This document shows, in pieces, positions 12,368 through 25,928 of a DNA stretch of 64,000 nucleotides (position 1 is its first letter; every line of letters starts with the position of its first letter). The stretch is from assembly GCA_013239625.1 (NCBI GenBank), contig MU057354.1:27676459-27740458 (forward strand). The letters run 5' to 3'. This DNA is from Lama guanicoe. Its lineage: Eukaryota. Both the position numbers and the translations under genes were made by a program. The notes beneath the pieces are model-generated. The model worked only from the letters and a program-made list of their open reading frames with translations, made no database searches and was not told the origin of the DNA.

Positions 12368-14954
12368 AACTCTGGGTTTCCATGCTTTTTTTTTTTTTAA
12401 AAAAAGTATGCACAAAAATAAAATACCAGTTCTCTTGCTGTCCATAGGGGAAATAGACTAATTAGACATTCTATTACGATTTTTCTGCTGTAACTATATG
12501 ACTCTTCTTGTATGAAGCAGGAGTATTTAAAAATCCGTTACAACTCAGCAGCAATGGTCCTTCATGCCATATAACTGCACATTTTTAGTTTTCAAAGAGT
12601 AACAGCTTAGCTATTGCCTCTGGCTTCACAGTTTTACCTGTGACCTTCCGTGACCCTCCAGATTTTAAATTCCATGAACTGTGGCTTCACTTTAGCTTGA
12701 AGCTCTGTAGAGCTATGCAATGAGGAGATAAGTGATCAATGCTTGGGTAATACTGTATTTTTATCCCAGGTTATAATATTTATGGGAGACGATACATTTT
12801 GTCTCTGTTAGAATCCCAGCTGTGATCTTGTACTTGCTTTTTATCATAGGGGCTGTGTAGGCACAAATAAGAGAAACAAAGCACTTTTATGATTAACCAA
12901 AATATTTACAACCAGAGTCTGAGTTTAGCCAGGGTGGAAAATTACATCTGTTCCCCAAAGGGAATAATTACTTACAGTTTGATAGCAAATGAATAACAAT
13001 TTGTAGCAAATTTAGCAGGAAGATAATTTTGCCCAGAAAGAGAGAACTAATAATGCCGCTGAACAGGTGGTTATATATTCACAAAAAAATGGAATTATTA
13101 AGGCAGAAGTTTCTGGGAGCTATCATGGTGAGTCAGACCAGTTTCACTGCCTCCTCTTTAGCAAACATTCCTTTGGTGGTTCTCACACTTAAGTAAGCCA
13201 CTAGCTTTCCTTTACCCCTTTTAGATGGGAACTGTGATCTTACATAGTTGGACTGCATTTTATTAACTCTAGGGAGGGTATAAAAAGTCATTGTGACCTG
13301 GAGTTAAGAGAAAAATTAAGAACTAGAATTTCGAGAGGAGGGGGAAGTGGAGGTGCTTTTTCAGGCAGTATTTAGGTAGCCACGAAGCAATTATTGAGTC
13401 AGCTTTCTCAAGGAAATACCATGGTTTAGTTGGCTTTTCAGCTGTGAACGTCCCACAGAGTCAGGTAAGTCAGTTTTGAACAATTCTTGGGCTCATGTGG
13501 GTACTCTCAGGGAAGGGGGCAGTTTTTGAAAATAGTATAAGAACCACAAGGAGTACAAATTTGGTATTTAATCTATTAAAACTTTGTGTCATTTTAAATT
13601 AATCTGAGCATCTGTAGTGCTGGGATTTTAAATCCCGTATGCATCTGTGTCATATGAGTTCATCTGACCATGACCAGAAACGGAGGGAGGTTGAGTCGGA
13701 GGTGGACAGAAGTTGGAGGTGGTGCAGGTGCCTGGAAAGGAGGAGAGGGGTGCCGACCAGAGGTGGGATGGAACTGCTTAGCTTTTTCCTCCCGTCACCA
13801 GAGATAAGAGTGGGCATTTAGGGCCCTCAGGGAAGTAAGTGTAGAAAGCAGTTCACTGAGTAGCAATTGCCAGGAAAAGAAGGATGTAACTGAAGTTTAC
13901 TCTCTTCTGCTTGTGTCAGTTTTTAAACTAGTTTTGACCTTGGCACAGAGCTTCGACCTGAGGGAGCCGGTGTACAGCTTCTCCTCTGTTTGCCTAAATA
14001 CCTAGCTGGGAGGGGTTGTATCTGAGCATCTGTAGTCGTCAACAATCCCACGGCAACATGGTCTGGCGTGTGGGGACCTCTGATTCCTTTATGTCCAGTG
14101 AGAAGCGCAGTCTTCTGGGGATTGTCAGTAGCAGGTGATGGGAATTACATTTTGTCCTCATTCACAAAGCTTTTCTTTTGCTGTAAGATTAGCTGATGTC
14201 TGTAGATACGAGCTACTCCCTTTTTCAAAGGCACACGGGAGGCATCTGGTTATTTTTTAACAACCTGAGTTAAAAACTGAGCCTAACTTCCTTCAGGGGC
14301 TAGAGCATAGTACACAGCTTGTTATCAGGAACATGAGAATGATAATAAGAACATAAATAAGGGTAAAAGCACATCCCAAAGCACCGGCTCTTGCGGGAAG
14401 AAAGGTGATTTAGTAGACAGACGTAAGCCTGACACTTCCTGTGTGCACAGTCATTAGTGACAAACCTGTGAACAAGAGGGGAAGTTCGCTTTGTACCATG
14501 GAGCAAGCACGTTGCTAAATGTCTATGAAAAGTCCTCATGCTAAACACGTTTTTGCTACTTTGCCTCTCTAGCATTGGCTTAGTTCTGCCTTCCTATCCA
14601 TTCTGAGACCCAAAGGAACAGTGATCCAGGGGCTTCTGGAAAGAGACTTCTGGTTGTTATTTATGTAGTCCATTCTTCCAGTAGTGCTCAGTGCAGCTCT
14701 GAAAGAACGGATGGAACAGGGTCTGTGAAGTTCGCTAAACAAACCTGCTCATTAACCTCTCAGGTCTGGCCAAAACACTTTTGGAGCCACTGGAAGTTTG
14801 AGTGGTGGGCATGAAATGAAGAAAGAAATGATCAATTCTAGGCATTTATGATTTCATAGAGAGATGGACAGGAGCAGAGAAAGGGTGTATGTTACATGTA
14901 GGGAAGAATTCATACTAGGCAGGTGAGGAAGAGAGATTCAGAAAGGGCCCTGTG

Positions 14955-15535
14955 ACATACATCTGGAGAAAACTCTAATTCGAAAAGATACATGCACCTC
15001 AGTGCTCATAGCAGCACTGTTTACAATAGGCAAGACATGGAAGCAACCTAAATGTCCATCAACAGATGATTGGATAAAGATGTGGCACACGCACACATGC
15101 GCGCGTGTGCACACGCACTGTGGAATACTACTCAGCCATAAAAAGAATGAAATAATGCTATTTGCAGAACATGGATGGACCTAGAGATTATCATCCTAAA
15201 TGAAGTTAAGTCAGACAGAAAGACATATCATATGATGTCACTTATATGTGGAATCTAAAAAAAAGGACACAAATGAACTTGTTTACAAAACAAACAGACT
15301 CATAGACATAGAAAACTTATGGTTACCAAAGGGGAAAGGTGGGGGAGGGATAAATTAGGAGTTTAGGATTAGCAGGTATGAGCTGTTATATATGAAATAG
15401 ATAAACAACAAGGTCCTACTGTATACTGAATACAGGGAACTACATTCAGTATCTTCTAATCTATAATGAAAAAGAATATATGTATAACTGAATCACTCTG
15501 CTGTAGAAACTAACACTACATTGTAAATCAGCTCA
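14955..15535 (+). mobile_element. LINE-1 3' end (ORF2 C-terminus plus 3' UTR)
   Basis: ORF2-like LIAALFTIGKTWKQPKCPSTDDWIK followed by a typical cetartiodactyl L1 3' UTR. Confidence 0.92.
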
Positions 15536-16790
15536 GCTTCCTCTGGTGAGGAGCAGTAGCCTGGGAGTTGGGCTTAGCATCCTGGGTCTGACTCTGTCAC
15601 TGGTAAAGTGGCCTTGAGGAAATCACTGACTTTCTTTGTTCCTCAGTGGCCTCATATTGAAGAGGAGGTTAAATTCACTAGGTTATCTCTTAGGACCCTT
15701 CTGGATCTCACTGTTACCTTCATCCCTCTTTCTGAACTTTAAATGTTTCAGGGGAAAGAAAATATTTGCTTCAGCAGTAACTGGACCAAACCAAAATTGA
15801 TACAACCAATAATACTTTTTTCTTTTGCCTTTGGTCCCTGAATTTATAGTTGAAGGCATGTCTCACATATCCTAGGTTTATGTGACTGTTTCATTGCTAG
15901 AGCAGTTGTATCCTTGGAGAAGATGTGTTGTGAGAAGCTCGAATGTGACTTCGGGTGATCAAATAAGTTTTCTTATTTTTCTCCATGAGTGCTTCTGAAA
16001 AGTACCCCAGCAAAGGAATTCCCAAAATTAGCTTGAAGAGGAACTGAAAACTTCTGCTTACATATGTGTTTAAGTGTTGTTCAGTTGCTTTTTTTAACTG
16101 CAAAAGTAAAGACTATTGGAAATACACTGTAGCCTCTGTATAACACAGCTTGTCAGATTGAATCATATATAAGGCAGTTATGTGGTACAGTTAACACAGA
16201 GAAGTACTTTAGAAATTCTGGAAACATTAAACACTTTTTTTTTCCTGTGGCTTTAATTGAGCAGGGAAGGGGCCAGCTTGGTTAATCCACCTTGAGAGTA
16301 ATCCTTCCTGTTCCTTGTAGCGCTCACATCTTATCTATGGCTTTTCCGCCTATGGATGCCGAGTACAAAATGAGGATACCTGTAAAGAAAGGCTTTTCTG
16401 TTCTTTCCATATGACTCAAGACAGCTTGGTCTGCTCATCTCTTCTGCTTCCCCCAGGAGCTCTATGTCTCTGTCTCCCACTTTTTCTCCAGTCTGCACCT
16501 CCCTGCAGATCTCCTGCTCACACAGACAGGACATGTCTACCCAGATGTCTCATGGGTGCCTCAAGTTCTACATGTATACCATGTTATTATCCTTCTCCCC
16601 AAGCTGGTTCCTTGTCTGTGTGAGTGGTACCACCTGGCACCTAGCTCCAACTTACTGCCCACATCTGATCAGCCAGCAATTCCTAGAGGTCTCCACCTAA
16701 TGCCTGATGGAACTGCCTTCTTCCCCCCATCCCCATTGCTGCTATTCTTCAGGCTCTCCTTTGCATCACTGTCAGGCCTTGCTAACTGGT

Positions 16791-17296
16791 TCTAGTAGGC
16801 AGAATGATGGCCCCCAAAGATGTTCATATCCTAATCCTCAGAAGGTGTGGATATGTTGGGTTATATGACAGAGGGTAATTAAGGTTGCAGATGGATTAAG
16901 GTGGTTTATCAATGAAATGACCTTACAACAGGGAGAGGAGCCTGGATTATCCAGGTGGGACCAATACAGTCATCAGAGTCCATGCAAGTGGAGGAGGTAA
17001 GCAGAAATGGAGGTCAGAGGTGATGAGAGAAGGGCTCTGCCAGCTGTTGCTGCTTTGACATGGTGGAAGGGGCCAGGAAGCCAGGAATTTGAGCTGCTTC
17101 TAGAAGAAGGAAAAGGCAAGGCAATGATTCTTCACTAAAACCTCCAGAAAGAAATGCAGCCCTGCTGATACCTTGATTTTACTCCATTGAGACCCATTTC
17201 GATCTTTGAAAGTACAGAACTATAAGGTAATACAGTGTTGTTTTAAGCCACTAAGCTTCTGATAACTTGTTGCAGCAGCAATAAAAAAGTAGTGCA
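16791..17296 (+). mobile_element. MLT1D-like solo LTR
   Basis: gtaggcagaatgatggcccccaaagatg...ttgttttaagccactaag...gcagcagcaata; TSD ctggt/ctggc. Confidence 0.88.
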
Positions 17297-17880
17297 CTGG
17301 CCTTTCTACCTCTGGTGTGCTGCCATCCCGAGCCACATGCAGACCTGTTCTTTGTCCTTAAAACGTTTCAGTCAGTCCCCCACCACACTGTGTGTCTTTT
17401 TTGACTCAACACCTCAATGCTTTATACATAGGAGCCACTGAATAAATTTGGAAAGAATAAAGAAGACAGCCCATTTTCCAGCATCTTGTCCAATTAATGG
17501 CTTTTAATTTGAGGAGATAAATTAAAAGTCAGTTGGTTACATTATATTTTATATATCACTTTCCCGAAACAAGATGAAGTCCAAATATACTCTGTCCTTT
17601 CTTCTCCTTCCTCTTCTTCTTCCTTCTATTGTTTAAAAATTATATAATAGCATTTTATGGTAGCCAATTTAATAATTGAAAAAACCCACAGTGAAGCCAC
17701 TCAGAGATGACCATTGTTGTTATTTTGATGTGTAGCTTCTTAGTTACTTATTGTTAAAATACTAGTGATCAAAATAATATATGGAAGATACTTCTTTTAA
17801 AATTATATAGATATATAAAATGTATAAGTATAAAACTTTTTACTTAGGAAGGTGTGAACATATATATATTTCTATAGCTT

Positions 17881-18005
17881 TTTTTGTGGTGGGGGAGGTA
17901 ATTAGATTTACTTATGTATTTACTTTTGATGGAGGTACTGGGAATCAAACCTAGGACTTCATGCATGTTAGGCATGCACTCTACCACTGAACTATACCCT
18001 CCCCC
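17881..18005 (-). mobile_element. tRNA-derived SINE, Vic-1-like (camelid)
   Basis: Reverse complement ggggagggtatagttcagtggtagagtgcatgcctaacatgcatgaagtcctaggtttgattcccagtacctcc has A and B boxes and a ...taattacctccccc tail. Flanked by the repeat atagctttttt at 17874 and 18009. Confidence 0.85.
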
Positions 18006-18013
18006 ACCATAGC

Positions 18014-18600
18014 TTTTTTTAAATTGAAGTATAGTTGGTTACAATATGCCAGTTTCTGGTTGTACAGCACAGTGTCCTAGTCTTGCATATACATACATAT
18101 ATTTGTTTTCATATTCTTTTTCATTAAAGGTTATTACAAGATATTGAATGTAGTTCCCTGTTCTATACAGAAGAAACTTGTTTTTTTTAATCTGTTTTTA
18201 TATATAGTAGCTAACATTTGCAAATCTCAAATTCCCAAATATATCTCTTCCTACCCCCTTTCCCTGGTAACCATAAGACTGTTTACTATGTCTGTGAGTC
18301 TATTTCTGTTTTGTAGATGAGTTCATAGTGTCCTTTTNNNNNNNNNNNNNNNNNNNNNNNNNNNNNNNNNNNNNNNNNNNNNNNNNNNNNNNNNNNNNNN
18401 NNNNNNNNNNNNNNNNNNNNNNNNNNNNNNNNNNNNNNNNNNNNNNNNNNNNNNNNNNNNNNNNNNNNNNNNNNNNNNNNNNNNNNNNNNNNNNNNNNNN
18501 NNNNNNNNNNNNNNNNNNNNNNNNNNNNNNNNNNNNNNNNNNNNNNNNNNNNNNNNNNNNNNNNNNNNNNNNNNNNNNNNNNNNNNNNNNNNNNNNNNNN
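18014..18600 (-). mobile_element. LINE-1 3' end, running into an assembly gap
   Basis: ttttaaattgaagtatagttggtttacaat...ggtaaccataagactgtttactatgtctgtgagtc. Confidence 0.88.
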
Positions 18601-18601
18601 N

Positions 18602-18890
18602 AAAGGCTGCACAGAATTCCTGTGGGTGGCTGTACTAAAATTTTATTTTGAATACCCTTCTCACATTATTAAACTTTTATATTGTTTCCAATTTTTCTTT
18701 ATTATGAAGAACACTGCAGTTAGTATCTTTGCAGCATCTTTGTGCGTGTCTCTGGTTATTTCCTTAGGATACATTTTTTAAGTGTAATAGCTGGGTCACA
18801 GACTCTGGAATTTTTGTGGTGTTTGGTATGTATCACCAAACTGCCCTCCAGGAGTACTGTGCCAGTTTGCACTCCCGTCAGCATTGTCCT
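18602..18890 (-). mobile_element. Older L1M remnant
   Basis: ttgtttccaatttttc...tctggttatttccttaggata...ccaaactgccctccagg...tttgcactcccgtcagca. Confidence 0.65.
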
Positions 18891-19019
18891 TTCATCAAGT
18901 TGACCTTCATGCTCTTGCCATCTTCTGAATACATGGGAGGACTAGAGAGTGTGACATCAAAGGTGACGGGAGGGTAATTTTACATGGAAAGTGGGCACCG
19001 CTTTAATGGGTTGAACACA

Positions 19020-19040
19020 GACAGCACCATGGTCAGCAAC
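19020..19040 (+). promoter_or_regulatory. Candidate RE1/NRSE (REST site)
   Basis: GACAGCACCATGGTCAGCAAC versus consensus TTCAGCACCAYGGACAGCGCC; canonical 2-bp spacer and one mismatch in the core. Confidence 0.55.
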
Positions 19041-19645
19041 CAGCATACCCAGCTCCTTTGTAACTGAGACAGCCTCCTATTGTCCCTCCAAAGGATTGGT
19101 ATCATTACTACTCAGAAAAGTCTGTGGCTTAGCCTCGTCCTTCACACCAGCAAATATCAGAAACAATCATAGAATCGTAGCCCTCTCCAGTTTTCTGTTG
19201 GCTTCTGATTTCTGGGAAGAGTCTGTAAAGGAAATTTGGTATGGGGGCACCCAGACAGACTCTCTTATCTCCTTGGCCTCCCTCTACCTCCATCTTTACT
19301 CCAGACCTTGTTTACTCATATAGTTGAGCTACTCAAGCCTCATGTAGATAGGTGCTGCATGTTATGTAGTGTAGAAGCCTCCCTGAGTGATGGGGTGAGT
19401 CCCATAAATGTCTCCTGAGCTGACCAGCCTGACACCTCTGCTCACGCAATGCTAACTGCTAAAGCCTCCTGCTAGACTTCCAAGTCCAGGTCAGCTTTGA
19501 CATGGTAGTTAGCCTTGGCTGTGGCTGTTTTAGAAACATTGATCTGGCATGTCCAGAAGCATTAATAAAATGTCAGGGTTATTAGTTACATTGTCTCTTT
19601 TTGGTGGAATAGTCTTTCCCCTATGAGTTTAAGAAAGCCAGGCTA

Positions 19646-19659
19646 GTTGCCATAGCAAC
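19646..19659. promoter_or_regulatory. Candidate RFX X-box
   Basis: GTTGCCATAGCAAC is a 13/14 match to the palindromic X-box GTTGCCATGGCAAC and lies in non-repeat DNA. Confidence 0.6.
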
Positions 19660-21259
19660 ACAAAAGCTTTCAGGCACTTGTTTGTTTGTTATATTCCTTT
19701 GTCGGTGTATGGAGTGGTCTGTGGAGCCTCTTGAAAGAAGATGTGCTGCTTAGTGTTTGACAGTTAAATCACGGTGCTGCCTGTCAAAGATGAGAGCTGG
19801 GAGGAAGTGAAGGGCAGCTGCAAAGCTCTTTGCTCATTGCCTGCTTTCACAAAGGTGCTGGCTTTGGAGAGGAAGTCGCTGAATCTGGAGCAAGAGCTTT
19901 CACTCAGCGTCTCTAAAATGACAAAGGAAAACTGTTGAGAGTTGGAACCACCACCCTAGTCTTTTTCATCCTGTTTCCCCACCCCTCTGCTGCCATCCGT
20001 CCATGTGGGAACAGATCGTGTGGTTGTGTTGTTTTCTCTTGAAAGTCTGAGGGTGCCGGAGTTGTTCTGGTCAATCGTGGGCTTGGAAACAAAACAGGTT
20101 GTGGGAAAAACAAAGTTAGCCTTTTCAGGGTGGACGGTACCACCTTTACCTTTCTGGCATGTGCTCTGAGGAGAGTGTGTACTGGGAATGTGGTCCTCCC
20201 CAACAAAAGCAGGGGGTTGTGTGCAGGGACCAGCGTGGTCCTCTGACCCGGGGGGCCTTGTGCCTCTTCGGTTCTGATGGGCTTGTGTGGATAGTGAGGC
20301 TTGGGTTATCTGACATGTCTAGGATTGCCTAAAACAATCCTAAAAAATACAACTTACAAAGTAGAAAAAAATTACAAATTTCTTTAAAATAGAAAAAAAT
20401 TTCCTTAACTAGGGGTAAGGAAAAAATAAATTTTGATGTACAAATACAAAATATGGAGAAACTTTAAAATTCAATTTTAATTGCTAAAAACTATATTATA
20501 TAATTATTATATATTACATATTATATAGATTATGTAATTATTATAAAAGATTGTTTCACTCCCCTACACTCCCAGTCAACGTTTTGGTACAAATTTTATA
20601 TGTGTGTATGTGTACAGATACATGTATATGCATGTATATACGTGTATGTTCATATATGCGGGCATGTATACATAAACACATGCGTATCTGTACATATATA
20701 TATGCTTTGCTATTGCTTTTGTAGAAACAGGGAATTTTGCTGCATATACTTTTCCTGCCTAAAGTTTTCATCCAACTATGTATCATGAGCTATTTTCCTG
20801 CCTGTAACTAATGATCATACACTCTTTTAAAATCCGATAAGGATAGAATGGTTAGATTCAACCCGTCCTTCAAGGCTTGACATTTAGGTTGTGTTTTGGT
20901 TTCTGTTTTTTTTTTTAAACAATCCTGGGTTTACATTCTCATGCACCTATATAGAAACGGCTTAAAGAAAGCATCCAGTGTATCAGAAAGTGCCTGTTAA
21001 ATGTTAGTCATCTGAATTTTCTTTTTTTGAGTCGGTAATCATCCTGAGAAAAACTCTCTGACTGAGAATGTAAAGTGCTTTATGAATGTTGAAATCCTAA
21101 TGTTGCCATGTTAGCTGTAGAACTGAGGCGTGGTTCCGCAAAGGAAGCTTCAGGAAGACATGATTCGGTTTGGGATTACACTGGTGGGTGACAAGGAGAT
21201 GACCAAGTTCTTTTACTGCATGGAGACTTCATTGTGATGGCCTTAGAGCATGTGATGCA

Positions 21260-21430
21260 GCATTGTGGATAGAGGCTGGCCTGAGGCCAAGGCCAGCTCA
21301 GTTCTCTTGATTCTGCCACTAACTAGCTCATAGAACCTTGCACAAGTCCCTGGGTTCCTTATCCGCACGGTGATAGAACTGTTCTAGTTTACCTCTGAGA
21401 TTCCTTTCAGATCTAGAACTCAGTGGTTTG
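21260..21430 (+). mobile_element. MIR SINE
   Basis: ttctgccactaactagct...ccttgcacaagtc...ctctgagattcctttcagatcta. Confidence 0.6.
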
Positions 21431-24400
21431 AAGCTGACTCCACTCTGTTTAATTCATTTGTAGTAACCTGTGGAGCAAAGAGTGTGGACTTTTAATATAC
21501 CTGCAAGAGTTTAAAACTCTTTATGGCCTGGGAAAATTACAGCAGTTTTATTGTAATGGACTCGATACTGTTTAGAGAAAGGATATTTTTGCTTGCAGTG
21601 TCCGTTTCCTCTTCCCTCCCAGTTTTGCCTGGGGGAGCCACCACTCCTTATCGCAGGCAGTTTGGGTTGTACTGTCAGTCAGGCAGCTTTGCCCCTCCAG
21701 CCAGGAGGACTGCATGTCCTTTCAGCAGGGACTCAGGGCCCTGCGTTAATCAAAGCTGATTCATGTTGACAGTGGCTCCCATTCATTCCCCATCCAGGTG
21801 CCCGAACTGTCCTCATTTTGGCTCTTTTCTAGTCTCACTTGTTCTTTTTCTCTGATCTCCAAACTCTGCATATCTTTTCATCAAATTTGGGTTTTACTTC
21901 TGAGCTAGAATTGGATTCTGCCATCTGCTACAGAAAAACCCTAACTCTCATTGCGGGGCTGGCCTGGTCCTGGCTCTCTAGCTGACCAGGGCTTTGTGAC
22001 CAGCAGGCACATCACTCCATCGCTCTAAGCCTGTGTGTCCTGATCTATATCAGTGGGGTTATCCCACTGTGCCCCCAAGGGAACCTCCTGGTTCAACAGA
22101 ATTACCATCTTCCACTCGTTGTCCTGAGACAGAGTGGTACTTGTCCACTTCTATGCCTCTGGGCCTGTAATCCAAACCCCTCCCCAAGAATGCCTGTGGA
22201 GTCCAGTGCTACTCTGGGTCCCCTCTGACATGACTGTTTCCCCACCAACTCAAAAGCTGAACCTACAGCATTTCTGCACCACTTAGCTGGTAAACGGTTA
22301 GTACTTGGCAAGCTTGGCAAATTTTTATAGCTGGTTTTTCTGCATTGTGAAGACGTTGAAGGTGAACATCTAATATTCCTTTACCCTGCCCCACCCTCAG
22401 TCTCTTACAGCGTCTGCTATGGTATTTGGCAACAGAAACATTGACTGAACACCAGGGAAGTGGGGAGAGGGGGAAATACATGAAGAGAGAGCCTCTGGCA
22501 GCCTCTGCCCTGTTTCAGCATCTTGTTTCTTTAAAGTTTCCTTATCCTCAGATAATTGAAAATTTAAATTAAACTTACAATCTCAGTGTGTGTGACCTCT
22601 TCCTTTAAACCTTCCTCTTTGAAACACTGTATGTGTGTGTTTGTGTGTGTGTGTGTGTGCACACCTGTGTGCAGGCAGGGTGCAGAAGAGGCATCAGAGA
22701 AAAGTTGGAGTGGGCGTTCCTCCCTGGACCAAAGCTCCTTGAAAGCAAGATACGTGTGTGTCATGCTTACCTATCTGCTTCCTGTACGAGGGGGTCTTCC
22801 TTCGATATATGTTGGATGGAGGCAGAATGAATGAATGGATTCTAAGTCTGACCACAGTCATCTAACTCTCTGGGATGTCACACTGTCACAGCAGGGAGAT
22901 GGTCCCATTCTTCTTCTCTCCTTCAGCTCTCTGACCCAGCACACCCCAAAGTCATATCATATCTTGGAAGTCTTGTACCTAATATGGACCTTCATTTCTG
23001 CCATAGAATGATGGTAACAACACTTGTGCTCTCATTGGAAACTGTTCCAAATACTCCCTGTGTCTGCGTGGAAAGGAGAGTGAGGGCTCCCTGCCCATCT
23101 GAAGTAGCTGTGGCCAGGAGAGTTACCTTGGCTGGCTCTGAGGTCATCAGAGATTTGTTGGCAAATGCTTCAGTGATTTTAACCAAAAGGGCAGAGAGGT
23201 GGAGCACAGGTAGGAGTTGACAACTGGAAATAAAGCTTAAAAGCTAAGTTAAGTCTTAAGCTCTTATGTCTCTTATGTTCAAGGGACTTCCCTTTATGAT
23301 GGGCAAGATAAGAAAGCTAGTCTTCTATAAAGCACAGGATCACCTTGACTTTTCTAGAACTTATACTAAATCACTTAACTCTGTTAAATAAGCAGAGAAA
23401 AAATTTCATACTTCTAGGTACGGTTGCTGTTAACACTGTGCATGCTCTGGCGATTAGGAATAATCACCAGCTTTAAAAATCATGATGGAATTCTATTTCA
23501 AAGCAAAATCAGTTTAAAGCAGATGGCAACTTTGAAGCTCCTGCAAATGGAATCACAGAGATCTCACCACCCACTGGGAAGTCCCTTCCTAACCACCGCT
23601 GGGGTGGGTGATAACAGCGTTCCTGACACAGTCCTTTCTGCTGGCTTTGTTGTCTGTAAGACAAGTCCTCGGTTACACTGGACAGCTGCTGAGGAGGCTT
23701 TTTTAGTTACTCTAAATAAACCAACGAGAACAATTTGTTCAGATTTAGCAAAACAAAGATGCGCAGGTACACCTTGTGACATCCGGTAAAATGCTGCTAT
23801 TTAAAAGCAACAACCCTGAAAGCAGGCTGAATAGTTACAAGGAAGGGAACGTGCCTGGCCCAGCAGCCCCAGGGTGATGGAAAGATTCCCGGGAACATGA
23901 CCTCCTCCCGGGGCTGAGGGTGCGCTGCGCTCCTTCCACATCCTGTGCCACTCTCCTCTGTCTTCAGGACAGCTGAACCCGCAGCTGGAAGAGCAGACAT
24001 GCAATGGAGCAGGAGAGAGGCGGGGCAAGGTCGGGGGAGGAGGGAAAATGAGAAGTGAGGAGAGAGAAGGAAGAGGGAGAAGATGGAGGAGGTGCAGCAA
24101 TGTCAGTATTTTCTAAAGTGCAGGGTCTCTTGTGAATTCCAGGGCAATAGGGCAGGACCCCACCTGTCTCATGCCTGGTCAAGATGCCTAGAATTTCTTT
24201 GACACTGCTGCTGGAAACTCAGTAAATGCATTATTTGCCTTGTGGAGCTGGGAGTCAGTCACCTTCACTCGATAGTACAATGCTCCGTCCCACCCATCCC
24301 CCACAGCCAGAACAGATTTAGAATGATCTACTCTCAACTTTTATAGTTACCAATGCTCTTCTCTTTGCTGGGAAATTGTGGCAGAAAATAGTGACTCCTT

Positions 24401-25585
24401 ATGCATTACTATGGAAACCCTAAGACTTCCTCTAGAAACTATCAAAAAAGGCAACACATAACCCTACTCTAACTTTCAATCACGATTCTCTCCAAGGAAG
24501 AAAACTGAAAATTAGATGGATTCATTCCGAGTTCCCTTTTCCAATCAAACAGATGGGATTTAGATAAGCTCTTAAAGCAAATTGTGATTCATATAATAAT
24601 ACGTAAACTTATCTCAAATCTCAGAGGATTTTTCTAAAGAAGATTCTGATAATTAAAACGTTCCCATACAACTCAAATTCCATTAAAGCAGTATAGTTCA
24701 ATCAAGGCTCTCTCAGCTTGAATATCTCCAAGCCCTGGCCAAAGGACCAGAGCATTTGTACTTTTTGCTCAGTTTGTTAAAACCCTGATGATGATGATGA
24801 AAAGTGTAATACTAAAACCCCCGATGACACTGATTTTCCTATGTCCTTGTTGAATAGTATTGAGAAGTCATTCAAAAGAATTCGTATTTAGAAAGCACCT
24901 ACTATGTGCCTGCTGCAGTGCAAAGACAGATCAAGAACAAACTGAACACAATTATTATCAGAAACATCCTTCTAAGTCTGTTGATTTGAAGTCCATGGGT
25001 GACTCATCCAGAAGGAAGGTTCTAAATTCACCGGCCAACCACTTTTCCCGTGAAACGTGATGTTGGGGAGAAACTAGCGTTCATCGTGCTCTAAGCGTGT
25101 GCTTAGTTCCTTGCAAACAACTTTGCTGGGCTGGTTTTGTTATTTTCCTTGGGAAGACTGCTAGAGGTTGGACCCCCTCATAGCCTTCTGAGACAAGTAA
25201 AGGAGTTTGGGCTTTTTCTTACAGCTGGTGAGACACCATTAATACCAGTTGAGGGAGAGTGACGTGGTAAAAACAGTACTCGTGAAGATGAACTTGGTGT
25301 AATGCTAGAGAGGATGAATTTGGGGGCCTGAGAGCATAGAAACAGAATCTGCAGAGGCTTTGTGGTAGTTCATCGTGGATACAAAAAGGACGTGAACCGA
25401 TGGGCTGTGGTGCTTGGATACTTAGCTGCAGAAGTCTGGAGGACTTGAATCGCTCTGTCCCCACAAGTATGTAATCCCCTCTAAGAACCAATTGTCAGTC
25501 TCTTTTAGGGTCAGGAAACGCACATGTTTATTCAGTGGGATGCCTAAGAATTCTCTGATGTACACTGTAGTTCAGGGAGGGCACC

Positions 25586-25928
25586 TGAATTAATCTGTTC
25601 AGGCTACCATAACAAGTACTACGAACGGGGAGGCTTAAACAACAGAATTGTATTTTCTGACCATTCTGGAGGCTGGAAGTCTCAGATCCACGTGTCTGCA
25701 GGGTTGCTTTCATTCTGAGGCTTCTCTTCTTGGCTTCTAGATGGCTGTGTTCTCCTCATATCTTCACATGGTCTTTTCTTTGTGCAGACAAGCGCCTGTG
25801 TCTATGTTTCCTTCACCTGTAAAGGCACCAGTCCTACCCAGAAGACCTCATCTCCAAATATGGCCACATCCTGAGGTACTGGGGTTAGGACTTCAACATG
25901 TGAATTTATGGGGGTGGGGTCTGTAACA
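25586..25928 (-). mobile_element. MLT1A/B-like solo LTR
   Basis: caggctaccataacaa...ggcttaaacaacagaa...ctgaggtactggggttaggacttcaacatgtgaattt; TSD gcacc/gaacc. Confidence 0.85.

Noticed and set aside
17930-18005. tRNA-like sequence
   Set aside because: It is the head of a SINE with a tail and TSD, not a functional tRNA gene.
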